IMG/VR virus record: IMGVR_UViG_3300042891_001180
DNA length: 64,000 nucleotides
DNA from: a virus
Reading direction: 5' to 3' (one strand)
The notes under the pieces were generated by a model, which saw only the letters and a list, made by a program, of their open reading frames with translations, was not told where the DNA came from and made no database searches. Position 1 is the first letter of the stretch. Every line of letters begins with the position of its first letter. Made by a program: the position numbers and the translations under genes. Below, in pieces: positions 46,517 through 55,528 of the stretch.

Positions 46517-47592
46517 ACACCGGTATAATCGTTAAGTACTCTAATAATATGCTCTTGTTCCAACATAGTGATCCAGAAGCCGTTAGGAATACAAATTTGT
46601 GTATCTGTAAACGCTGTTACACCAGGTAAGTCACCTTCACGGAATTGAGTAATACTACTATACATATCATTTCTAAAATGTACGGGGCTTGAAGCAATAC
46701 CATTATCAGTTAAGTACTTGGTAAAGTGATCTTTAAGACCTGCTTTAACATGCATACTAAACAACCAGTAAGAACAATTAGGGTCCCATTCAGGTAAGGT
46801 CAATAACGGGTTTTTAACCTTGTTAATATATTCTCTAGAATTTCTTCTGCTACAAGTTACAGAGTATTCTGCCTTACTAATATTAGACATACCAATAGCT
46901 GCATTAATATCATTCATGTGGTACTTAAAACCAACCTTAGTAATGTCTTGGGTACATCTGAACGACTCATTCTTAGTTCTATCTAAACCATACCAACGGA
47001 GTGTACGGGCTTCGATCTCTGTCTCAGGAGGACACACTAAAATACCACCATCACCTGTAGTTAAGAATTTAATCGCCTGAAAACTGTAACAAATATAATC
47101 TCCACGCTCTACAATATCAGTTGCATGTACGTCCCAGCAATGAGCAGCATCCTCAATAACAGGTACCCCTGTTGCTTTGAGGGCTTTATAATCACAAAAT
47201 TTACCGGCCCAGTTGACAGCTAGGATAGCTTTCGTTTTAGAGTTGACTAATTTTTTTACCGACTCAGGATCAATTAAACCTGTTAGCGGATTAATATCAG
47301 CCCAGCGGATTCTTGCACCTCGATGTATCGCACCAACGTTAGAGGCAAAGCAAGTCTGAGGAGTTGCAATAACTTCGTCACCAGGCTTAATACCGATGAT
47401 ATCTAGAGATAGGTCAATAGCAGCAGTACAAGAATTAACTGTCACCGGTCTTGTCTTACTACCTAATACTTTCCACAACTCATCCTCAAACTCTTCAACA
47501 ACTGGCCCTTGACCAATAAAACCTGACTTCAAAACTTCTGTAACTTTGTCTGTTGCGTAATCAGACATTCCTACCTTAAATAACGGAATCAT
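46513..47592 (-). CDS. DegT/DnrJ/EryC1/StrS PLP sugar aminotransferase (start MIPLFKV)
   Basis: IEDAAH, SFQAIK, GDGG. Confidence 0.92.
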   Translation of the reverse strand: MIPLFKVGMSDYATDKVTEVLKSGFIGQGPVVEEFEDELWKVLGSKTRPVTVNSCTAAIDLSLDIIGIKPGDEVIATPQTCFASNVGAIHRGARIRWADINPLTGLIDPESVKKLVNSKTKAILAVNWAGKFCDYKALKATGVPVIEDAAHCWDVHATDIVERGDYICYSFQAIKFLTTGDGGILVCPPETEIEARTLRWYGLDRTKNESFRCTQDITKVGFKYHMNDINAAIGMSNISKAEYSVTCSRRNSREYINKVKNPLLTLPEWDPNCSYWLFSMHVKAGLKDHFTKYLTDNGIASSPVHFRNDMYSSITQFREGDLPGVTAFTDTQICIPNGFWITMLEQEHIIRVLNDYTGV

Positions 47593-48040
47593 ATTGATAC
47601 TCCATAAAAAATAATTTTTCGTTCTCACCTGTCGCTTTAAAGTTCAGGCCTTCGTAAGTTTTATATGCACGTGTATTGGTCTTAAGTACTTCAAGCCGAA
47701 TCGGTAATGACTTGTGACATTGGTCGACAAGAAACTTAAAAATAACTTTTCCTAATCCCTTATCTCTATACTCAGGTACTAGACCACCAGTTAAGAGAAA
47801 CTCATCTTCATTTTTATGAACAACACCAAAACCAGCATCGACAATACACACACCATGTTCGATAGCATATGCAATATAAAGGTCGTATTTACGGAACGCA
47901 GTTTTAAACCACTCTTCTTGCTGCTCTGGAGTAATATAGTCTGTACTCCGCGTCATGTACTCACGACACTTATTACGTATAGTACGAAGGATCTCTGCCT
48001 CAGCAGGTGTCGTAACTCTTTTAAAAACTATTTGTGTCAT
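47576..48040 (-). CDS. GNAT N-acetyltransferase (PseH-like)
   Basis: YRDKGLG, N.RA...Y..L.F; adjacent to aminotransferase. Confidence 0.8.
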   Translation of the reverse strand: MTQIVFKRVTTPAEAEILRTIRNKCREYMTRSTDYITPEQQEEWFKTAFRKYDLYIAYAIEHGVCIVDAGFGVVHKNEDEFLLTGGLVPEYRDKGLGKVIFKFLVDQCHKSLPIRLEVLKTNTRAYKTYEGLNFKATGENEKLFFMEYQYDSVI

Positions 48041-48987
48041 ATAAACACCTCTTTAAATTTATTCATTACAGGTACTGGTTTAAATTGCTCTACCCTCTTA
48101 GTCCAGTCTTGCTTAAACTCTGATAGGTTATGGAGCATGTAGTTAAGATGGCTTGCATCATTATATAATAGACCACTACCTTTTAACATATCTAAATGGT
48201 TTAAATCATGACCATTATTCCAGGCAAGGACCGGTTTATTAAGAGATAAGAACTCAGCGATCGATAGACCGAAACTCTCCCCCCTCTCCCTTGCATGTAA
48301 CATTGCATCACAAGTATTAATAAAGTCTGCTTTACGTTGAACGTCATGAATTTCGTTAATGAACTTCACATTAGGGTGAGATACGAAAGGTTCGGTACCC
48401 ATCATAAGAAAAACAAACGTATCATTATCTTGAACTAGCTTAGTAATATAGTCTTTTACAAATTTAATATCAAAGGTAAAATAACCACCAAGTCGACCAA
48501 TAATAATTTGATCAGGTCTAATACCTAATGCTTCTCTATAGTCTTTTTTAGGTTCAGGTAAATCTACAATATGCGGAACAAACGGTAACTTACCGTCTGA
48601 CATTTTATTAGATAACCATTCAGAGATATATGCGTACCGATCACCATGCGGTTCATAATGCTGAAATACTGAATGAATAGCCGTCCTGGTATTAGTTACC
48701 AGATCACCTTCCTTATGACCGGCTCTGATAAAGTAAGCCATATCGACTTTTTCTTTATCTATTAATTTTTGTAATTGACCTTCTTTATAGCATTCGATCT
48801 TGAATCGTTGTTTAAGGTTATGTAGTACAACGGCCTCAGTCCCCATGTCTTTTTCATACCCTAGACTCTCATTATAAACAATTACGCTTTCATTACCTAA
48901 GACTTCTTGATTGTATCTTGCATAGTCGGTAACAGCAACCGTAGTACCCCGAAAGTTTAATGTATTAGCGTGAAATAATATCTTCAT
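48037..48987 (-). CDS. GT-B (GT4-like) glycosyltransferase
   Basis: RGTT.A..DYA, GRLGG, GESFGLSIAE (E-x7-E). Confidence 0.82.
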   Translation of the reverse strand: MKILFHANTLNFRGTTVAVTDYARYNQEVLGNESVIVYNESLGYEKDMGTEAVVLHNLKQRFKIECYKEGQLQKLIDKEKVDMAYFIRAGHKEGDLVTNTRTAIHSVFQHYEPHGDRYAYISEWLSNKMSDGKLPFVPHIVDLPEPKKDYREALGIRPDQIIIGRLGGYFTFDIKFVKDYITKLVQDNDTFVFLMMGTEPFVSHPNVKFINEIHDVQRKADFINTCDAMLHARERGESFGLSIAEFLSLNKPVLAWNNGHDLNHLDMLKGSGLLYNDASHLNYMLHNLSEFKQDWTKRVEQFKPVPVMNKFKEVFI

Positions 48988-49649
48988 AGTTTAAATGTAG
49001 TAGCAGAAGTAAAGAACTCAGTTGTAAATTCGTCTCTAGTAACCTGATTGCAACGTTTAACAAACATCTCGATGTTCTCTGCCATTCGTGATTGATACAG
49101 ATGATAAATTGAATTATCAAATACAGTACCTATACCATAATAGCCAAGATTACTTAAAGGCCAGATTCCTTCCGAAGAAGGCTTTTCAAAATATGTAGGC
49201 ATCAGTGTACGATACTTCATACCCTTTTCTTCAGCCATATAACATATTTCTTCAGCTGTATCTGACCGACGTGTTTCTGTAAATGACGGGCGGCCTAGCT
49301 TATCATATGCTTTCTTAGAGATTGCATAGAAGCCGGGAGCGGCGTAGATATGAGATTTAGGGGGGATATGATTTGAGACTTGAGCAATGCCAACGAACGT
49401 CTCATTCCTATTTGCATACTTAATATACTCTAAGTAGCTCTTATTAAGAGGTATACAATCGGGTTCCATAAACACTATAACATCACTCGATGAATTATTA
49501 ATTACCCATTGCATCCACATACCATGATTATGACCATCACGGTTATCATAATTCATTGGAATCTTGAAATAATCCATAACCCGCTGATGGGCCGACAGCA
49601 TATCTTTGTCTACGTTATTCCAATGTAACGAATTAAATTCAATTTTCAT
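48984..49649 (-). CDS. GT-A-like hypothetical protein
   Basis: HG.W, VIVFMEPDCIPL (DxD variant), DTAE, YHLYQSR. Confidence 0.55.
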   Translation of the reverse strand: MKIEFNSLHWNNVDKDMLSAHQRVMDYFKIPMNYDNRDGHNHGMWMQWVINNSSSDVIVFMEPDCIPLNKSYLEYIKYANRNETFVGIAQVSNHIPPKSHIYAAPGFYAISKKAYDKLGRPSFTETRRSDTAEEICYMAEEKGMKYRTLMPTYFEKPSSEGIWPLSNLGYYGIGTVFDNSIYHLYQSRMAENIEMFVKRCNQVTRDEFTTEFFTSATTFKL

Positions 49650-49684
49650 ATCATACTCCTATCTTATAATTATAATATAAACAA

Positions 49685-49710
49685 AACAAAACCGCCATGG
49701 CGGTTTATTT
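49685..49710. terminator. Hairpin, probable intrinsic terminator
   Basis: AAACCGCC-AT-GGCGGTTT flanked by A/T runs. Confidence 0.6.
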
Positions 49711-49723
49711 ATTACCAAATAAA

Positions 49724-50458
49724 TTAAATACCACAGCTTTGCAAAATTGCACTTAAGGATATCCTAGGTGTAGTTGTAAATGTATCTAATTTCATAAATG
49801 CATTATGATATAATGCTCCTTCATATAAATTTAATTTGTTAAATTTTTGATGTGAAAGATGGTACATCTCCCAATCTTCATTATTAGTTATGGGTGCATA
49901 TCTTGTAAGACTATCTAACTTACTTTTAAAAACAAAATCTCGATTATATCTGTAAATAGAATTATTCATAGGCATGTATTCATTACCTGAATTTTTATTT
50001 CTATAAAAGGCTGTACCAGAGTCTTCCCCTATTTCACTATCATAATTAAGAAAAATGTTAGATGCAAATAAAGCAGGGTCAATGTGTGGAAAATTGGATA
50101 CTCTTCTAATAGCTTCATTGCCATCTATACACTGATAAGTAAGTTTACTTATGGCGTCTTGAGTAAGACTATAATTAAACGCTAGTTTGTAAGCCTTATT
50201 AAGAAATGTATTAAGATCATTTAATTTATACTTTAATTCAATTTGGTACCCGGGGAAAGAATTAATAGAATTAGTAAGATTAATAGATTGTTCAGAAGCA
50301 TATTGAATAGGAACAGCATTTAAGAAGTCACGAACTCGGTCGGGATATTTAAAAAAGTTTTCAACCTCTAACAGTCTATTTTTTTCATTTCCAATTTCTA
50401 ACAATGTAACCGTTAGTCTTTTATTAACTTCAAATATTGTTTTATCAAATTTTATCAT
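49724..50458 (-). CDS. DUF6445-like 2OG-Fe(II) oxygenase
   Basis: FF..PD.VR, FPG, PHID, GTAFY, LYH, PR. Confidence 0.72.
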   Translation of the reverse strand: MIKFDKTIFEVNKRLTVTLLEIGNEKNRLLEVENFFKYPDRVRDFLNAVPIQYASEQSINLTNSINSFPGYQIELKYKLNDLNTFLNKAYKLAFNYSLTQDAISKLTYQCIDGNEAIRRVSNFPHIDPALFASNIFLNYDSEIGEDSGTAFYRNKNSGNEYMPMNNSIYRYNRDFVFKSKLDSLTRYAPITNNEDWEMYHLSHQKFNKLNLYEGALYHNAFMKLDTFTTTPRISLSAILQSCGI

Positions 50459-50461
50459 AAA

Positions 50462-50713
50462 TTATTTTAAATCAAAAAAACTTCGTAATTCCTGTTTTGG
50501 AGGTAATCCTGTTATACGTCTTACTTCTTTATCATCATCAATAAGTATCATAGTAGGTAGTGCGGATATATTATATCTCGCAGCTAACTCTCTATTTGTG
50601 TCAACATTAATTTCTTCAACTGGATAAGTAATTTCAGATTTTATACAATGAATATTAAATGATAGCTTTTTACAAGGTTTACACCAATTTGCAAAAAATT
50701 TTAAAACTTTCAT
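50462..50713 (-). CDS. Thioredoxin
   Basis: WCKPC active site, LPT cis-Pro. Confidence 0.9.
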   Translation of the reverse strand: MKVLKFFANWCKPCKKLSFNIHCIKSEITYPVEEINVDTNRELAARYNISALPTMILIDDDKEVRRITGLPPKQELRSFFDLK

Positions 50714-50773
50714 AAACTTCCTTTATAATGATCTGTTATTTATTAATAAATACCAGGTAACTATTATATAAAA

Positions 50774-51352
50774 ATGAATCCTTATACCGAATTAGATGTG
50801 CCTGTTAATGCTTCGTTAGAAAATATTAAACAACGGTATAGAACACTTGCACAAATGCACCACCCCGATAAAGGTGGTGATGAAGAAGTATTTAAACGTA
50901 TTAAACTTGCGTATGAAATATTAAGTGATCCTGTCAGAAGAAAGCAATACGATATTACGGGTGAGACTACAACTACAAATGCTAAGGATGAAGCAGTAGC
51001 AAATATAGTTCAAATTCTGTTACATGTAGTACCAAACTTTAATGTTGATCAAGACGATCTAATTCTTATTGCTGAAATGGAAACTAGAACCATGCTTGAT
51101 CTTGTTCATAAAGATATAGGTGTTACTGAACGATATATTCTTAATCTTGAAAAAGTATTAAGTAAGTTAAGGATAAAAACTGAAGGTGAAAATTTACTAA
51201 GTAGTTTTATTCTTAATCAAATTCAACAACGAAAGCAAGAACTTGAATCTTTTCAAAGAAGAATACAGATTTGTAATCTCATGTTAGAAATACTTAAAGA
51301 TTATGAATATGGTTTACATAATTTAATATTTGAACCACCTGTACAAGAATAA
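50774..51352 (+). CDS. J-domain (DnaJ-like) protein
   Basis: PY..L, HHPDKGG, AYEILSDP..R..YD. Confidence 0.9.
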   Translation: MNPYTELDVPVNASLENIKQRYRTLAQMHHPDKGGDEEVFKRIKLAYEILSDPVRRKQYDITGETTTTNAKDEAVANIVQILLHVVPNFNVDQDDLILIAEMETRTMLDLVHKDIGVTERYILNLEKVLSKLRIKTEGENLLSSFILNQIQQRKQELESFQRRIQICNLMLEILKDYEYGLHNLIFEPPVQE

Positions 51353-51353
51353 T

Positions 51354-51428
51354 TGGTCCGGCGACCAGGAATCGAACCTGGATTGATAGCTTAGAAGGCT
51401 ACTGTTCTGTCCATTGAACTACCGCCAG
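51354..51428 (-). tRNA. tRNA-Arg (TCT)
   Basis: Cloverleaf, TAGC-CTTCTAA-GCTA, GGTTCGATTCC, CCA end. Confidence 0.92.
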
Positions 51429-51438
51429 CAAACTAGAA

Positions 51439-51510
51439 GCACTCTTGTTTGGATTCGAACCTTGTTCTAGTATTGTCTATCTGCGCTTCCCACAGTGCTG
51501 ACAAGAGTGC
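51439..51510 (-). ncRNA. tRNA-like non-canonical RNA
   Basis: 10-bp terminal stem GCACTCTTGT/ACAAGAGTGC, GGTTCGAATCC T-loop, no proper anticodon arm. Confidence 0.55.
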
Positions 51511-51521
51511 ATGATTATATA

Positions 51522-51595
51522 TGGAGCGGGGTAAGAGAATCGAACTCTCCGCATGAGCTTGGAAGGCTCAGGTATTACCACTATACGAACCCCGC
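51522..51595 (-). tRNA. tRNA-Gly (TCC)
   Basis: TGAGC-CTTCCAA-GCTCA, TTCGATT, CCA end. Confidence 0.93.
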
Positions 51596-51603
51596 AATTA
51601 AAA

Positions 51604-51678
51604 TGGAAGAGCGTAGGAGAATCGAACTCCTCTTCTTAGGATGAAAACCTAATGTCCTAACCGATAGACGAACGCTCC
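51604..51678 (-). tRNA. tRNA-Glu (TTC)
   Basis: TTAGG-TTTTCAT-CCTAA, TTCGATT, CCA end. Confidence 0.92.
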
Positions 51679-51682
51679 AAAA

Positions 51683-51757
51683 TGGCGGTCCCAAGGAGTA
51701 ACGATCTCCTTCTTCTAGCGTGACAAGCTAGCGTGCGTCCGTGAACACTTTGGAACC
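51683..51757 (-). tRNA. tRNA-Asp (GTC), non-canonical T-loop
   Basis: CTAGC-TTGTCAC-GCTAG, T-loop ATCGTTA, GCCA end. Confidence 0.85.
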
Positions 51758-51770
51758 TTATCTAATTAAA

Positions 51771-52745
51771 TCAAGCAGTTTCTGCATACTCAACGGCCAG
51801 GTCAAGGGCACGTTCTTTCTTTACACGATTCAGACCGTACCAAGCGGAAGTCAAACGACTATCGCGCGAACGACCCATCTTATGATCGGTCATATAGGTA
51901 ACGGCATTGAATGCCTGCCACCAACTACCTTCGGCAAAATTTGCACCAGGCTGGGTATGAACAATTGCCATCGCCTCCTCGGCCTGACGGCTGATAGGAA
52001 ATGCAGTATTAGCACGTTTCATCTCATCCTTAGACATAGATGGGAATACACGATTAAAATACTCGACAATCGTTTCCTTATTATACTTCTTCTGCCCCAG
52101 GAACTGGGCCTGCTCTTTATAATGCGACAACTGATCTTTAGCAATACCCAAGGTCTCTTTTACAAGATCGCCATTGAATACAGCACGGTGATTAATCTTA
52201 ACGGCATGCTTTGCAGTACTTCCCAACGCCAGAGTCAAGGTATTGTTACATACAACTCGTACAGGCGTGAAACGAACATCAATAGAGCGACCAAACTCGT
52301 GAGGATTAGAAAATAGTAAGTAACCTTCAACTTTATCTCCTCCAAACAGAGTAAACGAATCTTTAATCTGAGCCATAGCCCAGACCATCTTGCCTCCCTT
52401 AAGGGATCCGGCGGTATGCATCTCCATATCACCGGCATGAACGAAGTCATTAAAGAATTCGAATGCTTCCAGGTTCTGAACTGGGTTCCAATTATCAGAA
52501 ACTACGGTCAATACCTTGTTATCGGTAGAACGTACCAGGGCCTGGGCCGAGGTCGGTACAGGACCACCTTCGGAATTGAAGAATAACTGCTTCTTACTGA
52601 CAGTCCAGTCTAAGTTAGCGGCTTTCAGCATCTGCTGGGGCGAAACGTCGTTAGGAACCCGTTTACCCAGACCATGCCAGGGGGTTTCACCGACGAATGC
52701 CATGTTAGCTTCACCGTTTTTTTGAATTTCAAGTTCATGAGCCAT
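51771..52745 (-). CDS. DUF932 / phage-plasmid TIGR03299-like protein
   Basis: PWHGLG, LDWTV, PVQN, TAGSL..G, TPVRVVCNNTL. Confidence 0.88.
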   Translation of the reverse strand: MAHELEIQKNGEANMAFVGETPWHGLGKRVPNDVSPQQMLKAANLDWTVSKKQLFFNSEGGPVPTSAQALVRSTDNKVLTVVSDNWNPVQNLEAFEFFNDFVHAGDMEMHTAGSLKGGKMVWAMAQIKDSFTLFGGDKVEGYLLFSNPHEFGRSIDVRFTPVRVVCNNTLTLALGSTAKHAVKINHRAVFNGDLVKETLGIAKDQLSHYKEQAQFLGQKKYNKETIVEYFNRVFPSMSKDEMKRANTAFPISRQAEEAMAIVHTQPGANFAEGSWWQAFNAVTYMTDHKMGRSRDSRLTSAWYGLNRVKKERALDLAVEYAETA

Positions 52746-52776
52746 GATATATTACCTTTTAAGTTAAGATGTACTA

Positions 52777-52812
52777 ATTATAACGCGGTTTTATGATAAA
52801 ATCAACTGTTAC
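52777..52812 (-). promoter_or_regulatory. sigma70-like promoter with upstream GTAAC box
   Basis: GTAAC-AG-TTGATT-17 nt-TATAAT. Confidence 0.72.
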
Positions 52813-53062
52813 TTTCAAAGATACGGGAAAATTTCTTTAATTTTTGACGTTTCTGGAAAATATTTTCAAATTTTTGATCAATGGTACAATTTACTACCTG
52901 AAACTCGTACATAATTTCAATCATTGCCTGGAGATCACCAAGTTCCTTGACAAGAGCACTGTGATTTTCAGACATTCCAAATCTCTTTACCTTAGAAACA
53001 GCCTGAATCACCTCAGCACACTCCTCCTGGAGTATAGTCATAATCTCATCATTGCGGTTCAT
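52802..53062 (-). CDS. MazG-like NTP pyrophosphohydrolase
   Basis: EECAEVIQAVSK...ELGD. Confidence 0.78.
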   Translation of the reverse strand: MNRNDEIMTILQEECAEVIQAVSKVKRFGMSENHSALVKELGDLQAMIEIMYEFQVVNCTIDQKFENIFQKRQKLKKFSRIFESNS

Positions 53063-53074
53063 ATTAATTTGCCT

Positions 53075-53860
53075 TTAAAAAGGACACTTTCTCTTACTTC
53101 TTTCTTCACTCTCCTTTTCTAAAACCAGACTTTTACTATATTTTTTATTAAAAAACATATGCATTTTACCATTTCTTTTTTCAAAAATTCTCCACCATTC
53201 TTGTTCTGTAACAGTATGAGTATGAATTTGAATTTTTTTATCTGATTGAGGTATTACATTAACCATTGCTTGACCTGGTTCTAATGAGATATCTTTAAAA
53301 CTTCTTAAATTAAACATAGTATTAATATTAGTAGTACATTGATGTTTAAAACTTGTAGTTCCGGGTAGTATGATCATATCTTCAGGGTTTTTAAAATTCC
53401 ACACATGAGGTACCCATGTCCAGTTAACGTCAGACTTTGTTGTTATAACCCACGGTGACAACATCTTTAAATGGTAATACCTACTATCTAAAAAACCAGG
53501 ATATTGTTCATTAGGATGATGCTGCGCTCCTTCATTCATATTTGGTAATTTAAGTGAGAATTCAAACTTAAAGACTCCATTTTCAGATTTTGCGGCAAAC
53601 GATGACCAAAGAGGTATTGTAAATCCACTACGAAAAAAATCTATAAAGCCACTGCAGTTGAGCATATTTGGTGTCTGAATAAGCTTGTAGTTTTGATCTT
53701 GAGATTTTAAAAACTTAAACGGGGAAAGCTTAAAAGGTGGTATATCTTTCCACCAATCAGGGATAAACTTATGAGAGTAATCAATAGGGGTATATTTATT
53801 AACTGAATCTTTACTTGTAAAGCAGTCAATACTAATTTCTTTATTTTTAAAAATGAACAT
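53075..53860 (-). CDS. Hypothetical beta-rich protein (P.WWK...C.GF.D...GF.IPLW family)
   Basis: ORF track; AT-rich insertion. Confidence 0.6.
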   Translation of the reverse strand: MFIFKNKEISIDCFTSKDSVNKYTPIDYSHKFIPDWWKDIPPFKLSPFKFLKSQDQNYKLIQTPNMLNCSGFIDFFRSGFTIPLWSSFAAKSENGVFKFEFSLKLPNMNEGAQHHPNEQYPGFLDSRYYHLKMLSPWVITTKSDVNWTWVPHVWNFKNPEDMIILPGTTSFKHQCTTNINTMFNLRSFKDISLEPGQAMVNVIPQSDKKIQIHTHTVTEQEWWRIFEKRNGKMHMFFNKKYSKSLVLEKESEERSKRKCPF

Positions 53861-53872
53861 GTTATTCCTAAT

Positions 53873-54358
53873 CTATTTGTATTTTTCTTCAAGTATCGAG
53901 CAGACCGTTTCTGCCAGATACATTTGTCGGTTCCAGGCCTCTTGCTCCCAAGGCTGATCCCGGTAAGCCTTATATGTAGTCCCTTTTTTACCAGGAGTAC
54001 CGTTCCAGTGATGCATCCAGCCTTTTCTCTGTATGTATTTCTTCTTAAGTTTACCAGTATGGTATTGCTCGGCATGCACTAACTCATGGGCAATTACTTC
54101 AAGAGCCTTTGCCCAACCCAGGCGACAGTCGATAGTAGCCAACTTACCCTCTACCTCGTAATAGCCATTGGTATTTTTAGCCTTAATGGGTGCTATACGA
54201 AACCTTACATCACAGGGAAGGTTTAATTGCTTACGAAACTCAGGTAAAGATCTCTTGATCATTAAAGCAATGACCTTAGCCGTTTTAGTATGGGTATAGA
54301 TGGCCGAAAGGGACATATACACATCCTTGGTAACCATCTTATCTGAATCTTTAATCAT
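53873..54358 (-). CDS. HExxH metallopeptidase-like protein
   Basis: AHELVHAEQ...Y..QPWE.EA. Confidence 0.75.
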   Translation of the reverse strand: MIKDSDKMVTKDVYMSLSAIYTHTKTAKVIALMIKRSLPEFRKQLNLPCDVRFRIAPIKAKNTNGYYEVEGKLATIDCRLGWAKALEVIAHELVHAEQYHTGKLKKKYIQRKGWMHHWNGTPGKKGTTYKAYRDQPWEQEAWNRQMYLAETVCSILEEKYK

Positions 54359-54383
54359 AATATAGAACTCCTCTTGATACCCT

Positions 54384-54419
54384 ATTATAGGCGGTCGAGC
54401 GAGAAAATCAAGCAGTTAC
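54384..54419 (-). promoter_or_regulatory. sigma70-like promoter with upstream GTAAC box
   Basis: GTAAC-TGC-TTGATT-16 nt-TATAAT. Confidence 0.65.
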
Positions 54420-54719
54420 CCAATTTACTTTATCCATAACCGTAACAGTTTCGGATCCATCGTATTCATCGATTATGAATTGGGTACCGGTAGGAACCCA
54501 CATAACCTCTAAGTCCTCGGCACCACCGTAATATGACTTAGTACCGTAAACCTCTTGACAGTATAGTTCTATGGTTTCGGCAGAGGTTTTTTCCAGTACC
54601 ATATCTACAACTTTGGGATCAAACAGAAGCTCATCTATACTGTGCCACGAGTACCACCCGGCACCAAAGCCGGGAGAATACAGTACGGCTACCTTTCCAT
54701 CAACGGTCTTTTTTTGCAT
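54408..54719 (-). CDS. Conserved phage hypothetical protein
   Basis: VAVLYSPGFGAGW...F.I.EYDGSE. Confidence 0.75.
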   Translation of the reverse strand: MQKKTVDGKVAVLYSPGFGAGWYSWHSIDELLFDPKVVDMVLEKTSAETIELYCQEVYGTKSYYGGAEDLEVMWVPTGTQFIIDEYDGSETVTVMDKVNWVTA

Positions 54720-54850
54720 ATTCTTTCCTCACAAGTTTAGCAAACTTCTTAAGTTCTTTATCATAGTCACACGACCAATCGATGTTGCCCTTTCCGGGGC
54801 CCCAGGGCGAGTCATCCCATATGACAAAGCCGGCTTTCTTGGCTAGTTTC

Positions 54851-55081
54851 TTAATCTTCTTTTTCATTTTGTTCATCTACAAATCCGAAATGTATCAGTA
54901 AATCTCGACCCAGCAACGGGCCATGCTCCCAGGAAGAGCGTGCATAACGATCACATTCCTCTACAATCATCTGGGCAAACTTTTCAGGATCAATCAACAA
55001 CACCGATTGCATCTGACCATCTACCAGAATAGTCTTATAGGACTTAGATAGTTCGGCAAATTGTTTAATCTTTTGATTCAT
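54851..55081 (-). CDS. Hypothetical protein
   Basis: MNQKIKQFAE...EKFA..IV.EC pattern, related to MNEQFKLL ORF near 59406-59654. Confidence 0.6.
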   Translation of the reverse strand: MNQKIKQFAELSKSYKTILVDGQMQSVLLIDPEKFAQMIVEECDRYARSSWEHGPLLGRDLLIHFGFVDEQNEKED

Positions 55082-55363
55082 ACTTTTCTACTATGGTCAC
55101 AAGAGCCTGTTTTTTAAAGCTTTCCAATATATTACTGGTATAGAAAGACATACCGTAACTACCCTTATAACAGGTATATACCGAACCTGATTCATTCTTA
55201 ATAATATAAGAATCTTCTAACTCTTCTACCTCGGTGATACCGGAGGATAAATGCCAAATATAAGATCCCGTACAACCACCGTACCAGGAAGAAAGGATTC
55301 TCTGAACCACAGTACCTTCCATGGCAATCTCAATCACCACCCATCTATCAGGTGTATATTCAC
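55065..55363 (-). CDS. Conserved phage hypothetical protein
   Basis: Y.PDRWVV...W.GG......W.LSSGI...SGSVY.C; probable GTG start. Confidence 0.6.
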
Positions 55364-55528
55364 TCACCGATATTCTCCATATCAAACCACTCGTAAAGTT
55401 CATGCATGATACTGTCTTTTATAGTACTGGTAATGAACTCTTCCGATGGGTTATCATCATGCTTAAATGCACGGCGATAACCATAGGCTACTCCATTCTC
55501 AATACACATCTCTAATACAGGTAAAAAT

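Noticed and set aside
39778-49649. Calling the sugar cluster a host O-antigen locus or prophage-flanking DNA
   Set aside because: No wzx/wzy/ABC exporter, and it is embedded between phage tRNAs and gp45 with a T4-type late promoter.
51741-52316. 191-aa plus-strand ORF
   Set aside because: Antisense shadow of the DUF932 gene.
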